Sequence record: MN445183.1
DNA: 64,000 bases
Direction: 5' to 3' (one strand)
Part shown: piece by piece, positions 1 to 8,999 of the stretch
How the letters are laid out: every line of letters starts with the position of its first letter
How positions within the stretch are numbered: position 1 is the first letter of the stretch
Position numbers and translations under genes: made by a program
Notes under the pieces: generated by a model
Told to the model about the DNA's origin: nothing
Database searches by the model: none
Seen by the model: only the letters and a program-made list of their open reading frames with translations

Positions 1-53
1 ATTGGTAAAGACCGTGATCGTAAACGGGAAGCAGCCGATGGGGCGGATACGAA

Positions 54-410
54 ATGAGCAAACACAAACGTTTGAAAGCAGCGCGTCGTAAGCAGCATAA
101 TACGACGGCTAAAGTACGGGCACGTGAGTGGGCCGAACAGTGCGCCGCACGTCGTCAGAAGGCCGATGAGATTCGTGCACAGATTCTTGCCACCGCATCG
201 GAATTAAAGATCAGTGAGCCACTACCCCCAACCGATCCGCTCTCTAAGTTGTTGGATGGGTTCCTGGACGGGGGTGAATTACCCGCGGGTCTTTACCATC
301 CTGACGGTACGCTGGATCTCTTCAGTATTGTTCAACGCGTTCAACGCCTTGGTGGCGTATCGTTCATTGACACTGAAGGGCCTATCAAATCTAGGGAGGC
401 TTCCTCATGA
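54..410 (+). CDS. hypothetical protein, basic N-terminus
   Basis: 118-aa ORF, first of a tightly packed + strand run; ATGA overlap with next gene. Confidence 0.75.
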   Translation: MSKHKRLKAARRKQHNTTAKVRAREWAEQCAARRQKADEIRAQILATASELKISEPLPPTDPLSKLLDGFLDGGELPAGLYHPDGTLDLFSIVQRVQRLGGVSFIDTEGPIKSREASS

Positions 411-673
411 GTTGGGATATCGAACAACCGCAACACGGTGTACGTGCTGAAGATGTTATTGAGTTCGACATTGATGAAGCTAAGCGCCGTGTCGAACAAC
501 GTAACCAGGAGCGCTGGGTCGGCATGACTTGCCCGGTGGTTCATGTTGCTGAAGGGGTGGATGTTGAGAAGCTGTTGCGTGAAGCTAAGAAGCCCATCAT
601 GGTTTGTAAGCTGACCATCAACGGTATCGACCATGCAACCGTGAATCATCACATGGGGCCGTATACGTCGTGA
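407..673 (+). CDS. hypothetical protein
   Basis: 88-aa ORF coupled to neighbours by 4-bp overlaps, GGAGG upstream. Confidence 0.75.
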   Translation: MSWDIEQPQHGVRAEDVIEFDIDEAKRRVEQRNQERWVGMTCPVVHVAEGVDVEKLLREAKKPIMVCKLTINGIDHATVNHHMGPYTS

Positions 674-918
674 CGGTAAAGAAGAAGCGCAAAAGCAGTA
701 AGGCCGCACCGGTCAGGCGTAGACGACGCCGTTCACGAAAACGTAAACCGTCCACTACGCCGGATCATGCACTGCAGTTTGTGATGCACTACGACCCAGT
801 GAAAGTTCAGCCATACGTCCCGCCACGTACTGACAACTACGGAGTGGTGGATAACCTGTTTCAACCGATTACTGCGGAAGAGCTGGAGTTTCAGCGTAAG
901 TTCCGTAGACGTCGCTAG
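670..918 (+). CDS. small Arg/Lys-rich hypothetical protein
   Basis: GTG start overlapping previous stop; KKKRKSSK..RRRRRRSRKRK. Confidence 0.65.
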   Translation: MTVKKKRKSSKAAPVRRRRRRSRKRKPSTTPDHALQFVMHYDPVKVQPYVPPRTDNYGVVDNLFQPITAEELEFQRKFRRRR

Positions 919-927
919 AGGGAAGTC

Positions 928-1518
928 ATGAATCAACATCAAGAGTTAGAAACAATAAAGTTAGGGAATAGTACGCGCTTCTGCTACGGTTATTTGAATG
1001 TCCAGATGCAGTACCGTCTCGACGAGACAAGGTTTCTGAGTGATTGTCCAGAACCCATTGTCGAGGTATTCTGGCGTGATATCTCACTGGGTCGTTATAA
1101 CTCACTCCAGGTTGCGTTAACAGAAACTTTCAATGCGGTGCGGGTATGCCGTCCTGGTATTACTGAAAAGATCAAGAATGAACGTGCGACGTTACTGTTG
1201 ACGCTCTCTGCGGTAGGTGCATTGGTTGGTGTGGAACTTAACGGTAGTTGTGACACGCCAGAAGTAGAAACCCGCATGCATCCTGAAGACGATCGTTTAC
1301 GTGAGGCCTTTAAGCATTGGGATGACCGTCCCCGGGTTATGGTCTGTTCGTTGGTTTCTTCCACAGATCGTCATAACTACAATAATGAGGGTATTCGTTA
1401 TCGTATTCGCATGGTTAATTCGAGCACCACGTTTGAACACGAAGTGTCCATGTCGTCGTGTAATCCGATTGATCTGGAACCGTTGTTGGTCGATCTGATG
1501 ATCAAACACTTTGCATAA
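928..1518 (+). CDS. hypothetical protein
   Basis: 196-aa ORF, GAGGG RBS, ends at a terminator. Confidence 0.8.
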   Translation: MNQHQELETIKLGNSTRFCYGYLNVQMQYRLDETRFLSDCPEPIVEVFWRDISLGRYNSLQVALTETFNAVRVCRPGITEKIKNERATLLLTLSAVGALVGVELNGSCDTPEVETRMHPEDDRLREAFKHWDDRPRVMVCSLVSSTDRHNYNNEGIRYRIRMVNSSTTFEHEVSMSSCNPIDLEPLLVDLMIKHFA

Positions 1519-1560
1519 TCTAAGAGGCTGCTCACGCGGCCTCTTTTTTTTTTTATGCCG
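1513..1560 (+). terminator. intrinsic terminator, GCATAA/TTATGCCG family
   Basis: aagaggctg-ctcacg-cggcctctt stem, T11 (1544-1554), TTATGCCG. Confidence 0.85.
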
Positions 1561-1608
1561 ATCTGTATTAATGAACATCAAAGAATAATTAATTGCAGTC
1601 TAATAATT

Positions 1609-1624
1609 TTCAACCCTACATTAC
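1609..1624 (+). promoter_or_regulatory. putative early promoter motif, copy 1
   Basis: TTCAacCCTACATTAC; four copies, all intergenic, all + strand; resembles phiKZ early TATATTAC. Confidence 0.7.
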
Positions 1625-1681
1625 TAATGTGAATGCATTCCCGCTCATATTGAGCTTTCTACACAACGAGGATATATCCAC

Positions 1682-2389
1682 ATGAATAACCAATTCGGTC
1701 AGCAACCTTACTTTGCAGGTGCCGCATATCAGTCTATTGCTGATAAAATTGTTGGCATTGTTAACGACGCAAACGACCTCATCAAAGAAGTCACGTCGGA
1801 TTACAGCATCGACCCGACCACCGGCGCTCTCGCTGGCCTGCGTGCCATTCCATCCCTGACCGGTAATCACTCCTACGAACCGGCGATTATCGGTTACATC
1901 GCTATTGACGATCATGAAGAGTTCGCCCGTGCGTACTTCAGTAATGAACCGGCCGTTAGTCAGGCGCTGTACTCTCGTAGCCTGTCCTTCGTTAATAAGG
2001 AAGAGCTGAAGGCCAGCATTGAAGATGCGAAGACACCGATTGCGCAGTACAGCCCAATCACGTTGCTGTCATCCTTTGATGGCCTTTATCTCGATGCACT
2101 GGTTGTGGTGCTGGAAGAACGTGGCTTCCTGTGCCGCGTAACCACCACCATTATCGACAAACCGAACGAATGGCCGGGTGCTAACTACGGTCGTCGTCAT
2201 ATCACTCCTAACCTGACCGCTCCGGTTGACATCCGCGGTGCGCGCGATGAATTCATCAACAAGTGGACTGCGGCGTTCAAAGCACCGAACTCGTATCAAG
2301 CACAAGCACAACACCTCAGCAGCCTGGCCAGTGATGTACACGTTGGCGACCAGCCAACTGCGCAGGAAGAAACCGGCCCAGCGGCATAA
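1682..2389 (+). CDS. hypothetical protein
   Basis: 235-aa ORF, GAGG RBS, strongly biased (highly expressed-type) codons. Confidence 0.9.
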   Translation: MNNQFGQQPYFAGAAYQSIADKIVGIVNDANDLIKEVTSDYSIDPTTGALAGLRAIPSLTGNHSYEPAIIGYIAIDDHEEFARAYFSNEPAVSQALYSRSLSFVNKEELKASIEDAKTPIAQYSPITLLSSFDGLYLDALVVVLEERGFLCRVTTTIIDKPNEWPGANYGRRHITPNLTAPVDIRGARDEFINKWTAAFKAPNSYQAQAQHLSSLASDVHVGDQPTAQEETGPAA

Positions 2390-2407
2390 CCAATACGGAT
2401 AACTGAC

Positions 2408-2773
2408 ATGAACGATTACACTCTCGCAATATACAGAGCGGTCTGCTGCAAGACAGTGACCACCGGCAGTACGATGCACATCGATGATTTCGGTGACATC
2501 TGGACACTGACACCTGCGTTGAACCGCTGTGGTGAGCAGAGTGTATATCGTCAGTACTCCGGGAACTTAGTGATTTCCGGACATCCGTTACCGTCTAACA
2601 TCAATGGGAATCATCTGTACCTTGGGCAGTTGATTCCTACTTACCATTTTAACATCAGTAATCCATCGCCATTCATTAACGGGTTACAACAGCAAGTCGG
2701 GTATTATTTACAAAACCGACTACTGAAAGTTTTAGCGCGTTACAATAAGAAACCAATTAGCTTTAGGGGATAA
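2408..2773 (+). CDS. hypothetical protein
   Basis: 121-aa ORF in operon. Confidence 0.75.
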   Translation: MNDYTLAIYRAVCCKTVTTGSTMHIDDFGDIWTLTPALNRCGEQSVYRQYSGNLVISGHPLPSNINGNHLYLGQLIPTYHFNISNPSPFINGLQQQVGYYLQNRLLKVLARYNKKPISFRG

Positions 2774-2779
2774 CTTGAC

Positions 2780-3214
2780 ATGTTGAAGAAACTGGTATTA
2801 CTCGCAGCACTAGCGATCACCGCAAACAGCTTTGCCGCAGACACTGTGGTTAATGGTAAAGTCTGGTCGGTGGAATACAACACGGCTTCCGCTTTCTATT
2901 CTGCATCAAAAGGCGAACAAGAGATCACCATGGAATGTATCCTGGGTGACATGACCTTTGCAGTCCATGATGACGAAACCGGGTTGGAATTTAACTCTCG
3001 TGATAACCACATGGCGGTGATCATTGATGGGGTCATTTATAAGGTACCCAAAACGCTCTCTGAGCGCCGTGACTTTTATGACACTGTCTTACATGCCAGT
3101 GACACGATAGAGCTACAGGAGGTGTCTGGTGAGCGTTCTAAGGCCTATCCAATAAAAGAACTCCGCCAGCTCTTCCAATCCATTGAATTTGACCTGTCAG
3201 ATTGCAAGGAATAA
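2780..3214 (+). CDS. exported/periplasmic hypothetical protein
   Basis: Sec signal peptide MLKKLVLLAALAITANSFA. Confidence 0.75.
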   Translation: MLKKLVLLAALAITANSFAADTVVNGKVWSVEYNTASAFYSASKGEQEITMECILGDMTFAVHDDETGLEFNSRDNHMAVIIDGVIYKVPKTLSERRDFYDTVLHASDTIELQEVSGERSKAYPIKELRQLFQSIEFDLSDCKE

Positions 3215-3216
3215 CC

Positions 3217-3708
3217 ATGAGTAACAAATATGTAATGCGCATTGACGATTTGATTACTCGCATGGGCAAGCAAGAGTTGAAACCAAAGTTAATTCTTACT
3301 GGTTTTTATGCTGACCTGAAGATGTATAATGACTGGGAAAAGAAAAACCAGTTTATTCCGGTGCCGAGGGATGTGTCGGAAGAGTACATGGCGAAGTTAC
3401 GGTCGTACGGCTATGTGTTGGACGGTGAGGTATTTGATGTATCATTCACCGATGCACTTGGTCACCAGCGGAACCTTAGAATTGAAATGACCTGTTGTTT
3501 AGAACAGTCGGCGTATTCCGATTTCGACATTCATTTGCCGGAGCACTTCAATTGCTGCGTCAGAGATATTGAAGGCGGATATATGCATGTGGATAACATA
3601 CGTGCGATATTCGACATTACGCTGGCCCGCGTTATCATGGGTAACGGTGATTACATTCGATCTAACCTAAACTCAATTGTAGATCATGATGATAGAAATC
3701 TTTACTAA
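3217..3708 (+). CDS. hypothetical protein
   Basis: start moved to ATG 3217 behind AAGGA. Confidence 0.75.
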   Translation: MSNKYVMRIDDLITRMGKQELKPKLILTGFYADLKMYNDWEKKNQFIPVPRDVSEEYMAKLRSYGYVLDGEVFDVSFTDALGHQRNLRIEMTCCLEQSAYSDFDIHLPEHFNCCVRDIEGGYMHVDNIRAIFDITLARVIMGNGDYIRSNLNSIVDHDDRNLY

Positions 3709-3725
3709 CCCGTTGGAGCTGTATC

Positions 3726-4052
3726 ATGAAAACTTCTACCTTGCCAGGGAATCTCGTTAGTGACAAATGTCCTGATGGGATTTTGGTCTACATTAACAAA
3801 GATCACTTTCTGCTGATTAAGTCTTCCCGTAACGGTTCCCCAATAGAAACAGTTATCGGTGCAGTGCTGGTCAGCGACGAACCGGTGAAACAAGGCACAA
3901 CAACCAATACGGTGACATTCCCGTTACAACGGGATCCACATACTTACCTGTACATCACCGGTAACGAATTCCCTGATCCACGTGCGTTAGCGATTTGGGA
4001 TATGATCTTTGACAACCTGAATAAATATTTAATGCTGAAAGGATATCGCTAA
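3726..4052 (+). CDS. hypothetical protein
   Basis: 108-aa ORF, GGAG RBS. Confidence 0.75.
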   Translation: MKTSTLPGNLVSDKCPDGILVYINKDHFLLIKSSRNGSPIETVIGAVLVSDEPVKQGTTTNTVTFPLQRDPHTYLYITGNEFPDPRALAIWDMIFDNLNKYLMLKGYR

Positions 4053-4415
4053 ATGAAATTTCATATTGAAAGTATTTCATTTGTCGCTGAAATCAATGGT
4101 TGGCGTATGGAGGTCACCATAGATGATCGTGACGTCATGCCATTACAGCACTTGTCGTTACATGCCAGCGCTAATACCTGCATTGAGTTGAATTACTGCA
4201 TGGACGTAGTAGGTACCATTTACAAAGTCACGTTGCCGGTTACGTTAATCTGTTTGCAAGGTCGTGCGATTGCAATGGAAATACCGAACGCGGTAGAAGT
4301 GGTTTATAATGACAAGACCACCATCATGCACATCAGAGACGTCAACTTTGCTCTGGTTAACTTAGATTCTATTGTGCACGTTGGCCGAGCCATGCCGACT
4401 AACATTGGTCGTTAA
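4053..4415 (+). CDS. hypothetical protein
   Basis: 120-aa ORF abutting previous stop. Confidence 0.7.
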   Translation: MKFHIESISFVAEINGWRMEVTIDDRDVMPLQHLSLHASANTCIELNYCMDVVGTIYKVTLPVTLICLQGRAIAMEIPNAVEVVYNDKTTIMHIRDVNFALVNLDSIVHVGRAMPTNIGR

Positions 4416-4442
4416 TCACGATTTAATGTTAAAGGAGGATCG

Positions 4443-4625
4443 TTGAGAAGTAAGCCTGTTGTTATAAAAGGTCGTTACTACGAATCTATAATTCAAGCTG
4501 CCAGAAGCATGCCAAGGGGATCTTACCGGTGGCGGCGTAATGAAGTCAGTGAGCGTGTTCATTCGCCGGATTACCCAGAATGGCGACTTGCCACAGAAGA
4601 AGAAATTAACGACCGTAAAAGATAA
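4443..4625 (+). CDS. small NUMOD1-like DNA-binding protein
   Basis: KPVVIKGRYYESIIQAAR...SPDYPEWR pattern; TTG start after AAGGAGG. Confidence 0.55.
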   Translation: MRSKPVVIKGRYYESIIQAARSMPRGSYRWRRNEVSERVHSPDYPEWRLATEEEINDRKR

Positions 4626-4632
4626 TGATATA

Positions 4633-4663
4633 CAGCGGGGATCCACCTCGCTGTTTTTTTTTT
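4633..4663 (+). terminator. intrinsic terminator
   Basis: cagcgggg-atcca-cctcgctg then T10. Confidence 0.75.
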
Positions 4664-4676
4664 GTTGAGGTGATTC

Positions 4677-5087
4677 ATGGCTAAGGTCCATAGCAAGATA
4701 GTGGCAATTGCCTGTGACTTTGTCGGTGACTTCTCGTTCCCCGCGCTAAGGGAATGTTTGCCACCCGGCACTCGCATCGCAGCATTATACAACTTTGCCA
4801 CCGCTACCCAGTTCGCAGAAGACATCAAGTCCGCGATGAAACGTAGCGACGTCATTCTTGTCGACACCAGTTCGCATACGTTACGCTTCCTTAAGATGCT
4901 GGATATCCCTTATCAACTTATCTTTGCAAGCTACCACACATCGGAAGATGACCAGCAACACATTAACAATTGTCGATTGCAAACCAATTGCATCCACACT
5001 GAAATCCAAACGCCTGATGATTTTAAACGTTTGGTTTGGCACTACCGACCCGATATAGGTCTCTCTGTTGAACTACCGCCGGCATAA
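4677..5087 (+). CDS. hypothetical protein (possible degenerate nucleotide-kinase-like fold)
   Basis: GAGGTG RBS; DVILVDTSSH..LDIPYQLIF strand pattern, no intact Walker A. Confidence 0.65.
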   Translation: MAKVHSKIVAIACDFVGDFSFPALRECLPPGTRIAALYNFATATQFAEDIKSAMKRSDVILVDTSSHTLRFLKMLDIPYQLIFASYHTSEDDQQHINNCRLQTNCIHTEIQTPDDFKRLVWHYRPDIGLSVELPPA

Positions 5088-5154
5088 AAGCACGAGGGTC
5101 TCTTCTCCCGTTGGGGAGAAGAGACACCTCTATGCTGTCTTTTTTTTTTTATGC
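5081..5154. terminator. bidirectional terminator, GCATAA/TTATGC family
   Basis: gagggtctcttctccc-gttg-gggagaagagacacctc between convergent genes; T11 at 5140-5150. Confidence 0.85.
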
Positions 5155-5487
5155 ATTCAATTTTTCAGCAAAGCGCAACGCATGGTACTGACGGGCGTAT
5201 TGCTCATCATCCGTGTGACTGTAACGCTTGCCAATGAGCGACGTGCTCAATCCATGACGTATTAAACGATCAACGTTACGCTCATTATCTATGATCGTTA
5301 ACTGCACGCTGACGTGTTTTACACCGAAGGCCTTACGCACCACTTCATTGTAGTGGGCTTCAAGCAATGCACAGCCAACATTGGTTCTGACTGATACGGC
5401 GATTGTTGCGATGTTCTGCTCGCGCGCACCCAGAGCAATGGCGGCTATTTGACATAGCTTTTTCTTAGTATAATCTAATGCCAACAT
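5149..5487 (-). CDS. hypothetical protein
   Basis: 112-aa ORF, AGGA upstream, last gene of minus-strand operon. Confidence 0.7.
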   Translation of the reverse strand: MLALDYTKKKLCQIAAIALGAREQNIATIAVSVRTNVGCALLEAHYNEVVRKAFGVKHVSVQLTIIDNERNVDRLIRHGLSTSLIGKRYSHTDDEQYARQYHALRFAEKLNA

Positions 5488-5514
5488 TCCCAGAGTCCTT
5501 AATGAAGGGCGGTG

Positions 5515-5898
5515 TTACCCGCCCGGTTTAGGTTGAGCTGCGTTTAACTTGAGAAAAGTTTTCTCTAATTCCGACAGCCCATCGCCCTTACTTTTTGCTT
5601 TCTTTTCCCCATAACGAATACTGCGTTCTACCATCATCTTTTGTTTGGCGTAGGTATACGTCATCCAGGTGTCAAACGTAATGCCCGTGTGCTCGAAGAT
5701 GTTCGCATTGAGGTATTCATCGAAGTACCCGCCAAACCCACTGAGCAGTAAGGGATCTTCCTGTTCCACTTGACTGGCCAGTGAAAACGGCGACGGATCG
5801 GTATCGTGGTTAACAATACCGTAGGTGTCGTCGTAGAGCTCCAACAACCGCAGCTGCACCAGTTCCGGGTCACCGGCCATGAACTTAGGATCGTTCAA
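5515..5898 (-). CDS. hypothetical protein; candidate -1 frameshift extension of upstream gene
   Basis: frame stays open upstream to 6024, across T7 slippery site; only a TTG or later ATG start. Confidence 0.75.
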   Translation of the reverse strand: MNDPKFMAGDPELVQLRLLELYDDTYGIVNHDTDPSPFSLASQVEQEDPLLLSGFGGYFDEYLNANIFEHTGITFDTWMTYTYAKQKMMVERSIRYGEKKAKSKGDGLSELEKTFLKLNAAQPKPGG

Positions 5899-5954
5899 GG
5901 CCTTCTCCCAGGCTTCACCACGGTCGTAGTAGTCGCTACCGAAATCGTGGTGGA

Positions 5955-7604
5955 TTAGATGTCGGCGCTGTTGATAGAATTCGCTACTGTATTCGTTAAG
6001 AGGGTAAAAAAAGCTCGCTCCAGGTTAACCGGTGTGTACGACGGGAAGTGGTGGTTAACCATCGGTTGACGATGCTGACACGCCGGGCATTTGTAACGAG
6101 GCAGTGCAACAATACCCACCGTTGTTTCCGTGATGAAGCGGTTAACTTCAGCATAGAACTTCTTGCGGATCTCATCGTCTTTGCTGAGCTCTTTCAGCGT
6201 TTCGTAGATTGGTTCTTCGCCTTCTACGAAGCCGTCGATCTCACCGTCTGCATCGAGATAGTCAACGCGACGTACGAAGTGTGCATACTGACGCAGTGCA
6301 GAAATTGCAGCCTGCTTGTTAATGTACTGCGTGCGTTGCTCACGAGAGATGGTGTCTTTAAACGCCAGGGTCAGGGAATCTTCAATGGCGTTGATCCATG
6401 CTTCGCCAGCTTGCAGTTTGTTCTCCACGGACGACATGCCGAAGATAACACGCACACCCGGAGTCAACACCGCTACGTTATCAGCCATCGTAGCAAAGTG
6501 TTCCTGGTATGCCAGCACGGATTCCGTAGTGTGGCCGTTGCGTTTACGGATATGCGCACGCTGGCCTTCGGTCAGACGGGCGTTATCAATAATCGTCATG
6601 CGGCCAATGCTGGTTTTCCGTACTTCGATGTGGTTACACTTCAGCGGATCAACCTGGCAAGGCTGTGCGATGTTGTAGCCCGTGCGGAAGCGCGCGGCCA
6701 TGTAACCAGCAACCAGCAGCGGAATGTCCTGAATCAGAACGATATTACCCAGCTCTTTCTTGTTCGCACTACCCAGTGAGGTATTGACGATCATGCCTGC
6801 CATCAGATCCCACAGGTGACGCAGAATGATGACGTCAGAGTTGGAGAACACCAGACCTGCCGTACGACGACCCAGCACCGATTTGGATTCCAGTACACGC
6901 GTATGGAAGTTAACCATCTCGTCTTCGCCAGCAACCAGCAGGGTAACCCAAATACCGGTGTGTGGAAGTGGTAACGTAATAAAGTCGCCGATCTGCATGA
7001 CCTGACGTGCACGAATCATGGCGTCTTTACCGGACAGGAGTTCGCCTTTCTTGTGCTTAGAGTTTGTTACGTTAGGACGGAATGCGCCTACTACCTGATC
7101 GTCGATCAGAATACCTTGCAACCAACGGCTGTCTTTACGCATCACTACGTCGGTCAGACCGTTCTTATATGCCATGTGGTTGATGGACTGCTGGGTTGCG
7201 TTCAGCCACTGCATGGCTGATTCTGCACCTTTCAGTCGGACCATTTCACGGAACAGCTCAGACTCACTGGAATCGGCTTTGCCCTGGTTAATACCATCAA
7301 CCAGATCGTTGATGGTAATCTGGTCGCCGTGCGCAACGTGCAGCACGTCCATCAGTTCAGGGTACGGCGTCAGGACACGTTCGATTGCCGGATCAACGTA
7401 CTTAGAATCCAGCTCGATATCCGGATCGTTTGGCATGTCCGCCACTTGTTCAGTTACAGATGTGTCGATGGCATCTGGGTCATTGATAATCCCGCCGATC
7501 GGATCCTGGCGACCCATTTCACCAGTCTCACCCAGCTGCTCAACTTTGTTGGTGATGACCTGATCCAGATCGATACTTACTTCGTCATTCTGATCGTTTG
7601 ACAT
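5955..7604 (-). CDS. putative tail/baseplate assembly protein with C-terminal CxxC pairs
   Basis: 549 aa; CQVDPLKC and CPAC motifs as in T4 gp26/gp51-type hub assembly proteins (resemblance only). Confidence 0.55.
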   Translation of the reverse strand: MSNDQNDEVSIDLDQVITNKVEQLGETGEMGRQDPIGGIINDPDAIDTSVTEQVADMPNDPDIELDSKYVDPAIERVLTPYPELMDVLHVAHGDQITINDLVDGINQGKADSSESELFREMVRLKGAESAMQWLNATQQSINHMAYKNGLTDVVMRKDSRWLQGILIDDQVVGAFRPNVTNSKHKKGELLSGKDAMIRARQVMQIGDFITLPLPHTGIWVTLLVAGEDEMVNFHTRVLESKSVLGRRTAGLVFSNSDVIILRHLWDLMAGMIVNTSLGSANKKELGNIVLIQDIPLLVAGYMAARFRTGYNIAQPCQVDPLKCNHIEVRKTSIGRMTIIDNARLTEGQRAHIRKRNGHTTESVLAYQEHFATMADNVAVLTPGVRVIFGMSSVENKLQAGEAWINAIEDSLTLAFKDTISREQRTQYINKQAAISALRQYAHFVRRVDYLDADGEIDGFVEGEEPIYETLKELSKDDEIRKKFYAEVNRFITETTVGIVALPRYKCPACQHRQPMVNHHFPSYTPVNLERAFFTLLTNTVANSINSADI

Positions 7605-8059
7605 TATACATTTCCCTTGGGTTGGTTCTGTGCCGCAACTGCGGCTGCATGAGCCTGTTCGTTAGAGTTAAAGAGCGGTACGAAGCTGTCGTTCCAGACT
7701 TGAATGATCATGCTCTGGATAAGGACATATTCTTCATGGATCGCCAGAAACTGCGTAATCTCATCCGGAGACAATGCATAACCCGTACGACCCATGTGTT
7801 TTGGATGCACAACTGCCAATGCCTGCTCGGCATTTTTAACAGTGGTCAGCAAAGCATTAATGCACGGATCTAAGATAGCCGGGTTAGGATGGAAGTGGAT
7901 GATATTGTTATTTACCGCCATGAGACACGTGTTACGATACTGGTTCACCAGGTCAATCGTATAGTGTCTCACGACGGTATCCAGATACTCCCAGCTGGAG
8001 TCTGAAGGGGTTGGTTGCTCTGGTGGAGCAGCCAGCGGATAAAGTGGTGCTGTTGACAT
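7604..8059 (-). CDS. hypothetical protein
   Basis: 151-aa ORF, AAGGA RBS, stop overlaps next start. Confidence 0.8.
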   Translation of the reverse strand: MSTAPLYPLAAPPEQPTPSDSSWEYLDTVVRHYTIDLVNQYRNTCLMAVNNNIIHFHPNPAILDPCINALLTTVKNAEQALAVVHPKHMGRTGYALSPDEITQFLAIHEEYVLIQSMIIQVWNDSFVPLFNSNEQAHAAAVAAQNQPKGNV

Positions 8060-8153
8060 AATTTGGACGTCCTTAACAAACCAAAAAGAATAGGGCCTTC
8101 ATATATTGATACAGCATATGTAATAGAATACAATAAATGAAGAGTGTGCTTAC

Positions 8154-8999
8154 ATGAGCGATTTCAGCGAACTGAATGAATATTTAATGCCATTACTGGT
8201 CGACGTACGCCGTGATCGTATCATCACAGCATGTCAAAACTTGGCGGCCGGCGGCAACAACCAGCTGCAACCGGACATTGATCGTCTGTTAAACATGTCT
8301 AACGACGGCGAAGCGCCGGACGTCATTGATGATATCCACAAACTGATCTTTGAACACATGTACAGCAAGACCCTGGAGCTGGGTTTTGTGTGGGCTGAAG
8401 ACGTAGACTGGCTTAGTGACTTTAACCTGTTAACCGATGTGATGCAGGGTCTGATGCTGCTTGATGGCGTCGAAGATTACGGTGAGATCTCTCGTGTTAT
8501 CACTGATGAACTCATGAGCACTGAAGAGAAGGTCACTGACATTCTCACCGCAACTCTGGCGAAAGACATGAGCATCTTGCTTGAGCGTGTCGATCAAATC
8601 GCGGAAGAGACCATCATCGGCATTGCGGGTGCAATCACCGGTGAGTTGGTTGTCGAGGAAGAAGACCCCCCCCCACCTGCTGAGCTTGATTACGTCAAAG
8701 CCCGTTTGGTGAAATACCACGAGAAGTTCTACAAAGGATTAGCTTACGAATACATCGTCTGTGGCGGTGCTTTAGGGGTCGATTACGAATCCTTGCTTCA
8801 ACTGTTCAACGACCCCCTGGGTGCGTTGATTGACACTGATTTAACGGTGCTGACACAAGAGTTGATTGGTTTCGCTCTGGTCAGTAACATCATTGATGAC
8901 CTGCTCCAGGACGAAGTCTGCAAACAGCTCGACATTTATGTTGATGACAAAATGCGCCTGCAAGACCTGGGGGCAGTCGTAACAGGATTCCTCGCATGA
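8154..8999 (+). CDS. acidic helical hypothetical protein coupled to RNAP subunit gene
   Basis: 281-aa ORF, ATGA overlap with RNAP gene. Confidence 0.85.
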   Translation: MSDFSELNEYLMPLLVDVRRDRIITACQNLAAGGNNQLQPDIDRLLNMSNDGEAPDVIDDIHKLIFEHMYSKTLELGFVWAEDVDWLSDFNLLTDVMQGLMLLDGVEDYGEISRVITDELMSTEEKVTDILTATLAKDMSILLERVDQIAEETIIGIAGAITGELVVEEEDPPPPAELDYVKARLVKYHEKFYKGLAYEYIVCGGALGVDYESLLQLFNDPLGALIDTDLTVLTQELIGFALVSNIIDDLLQDEVCKQLDIYVDDKMRLQDLGAVVTGFLA

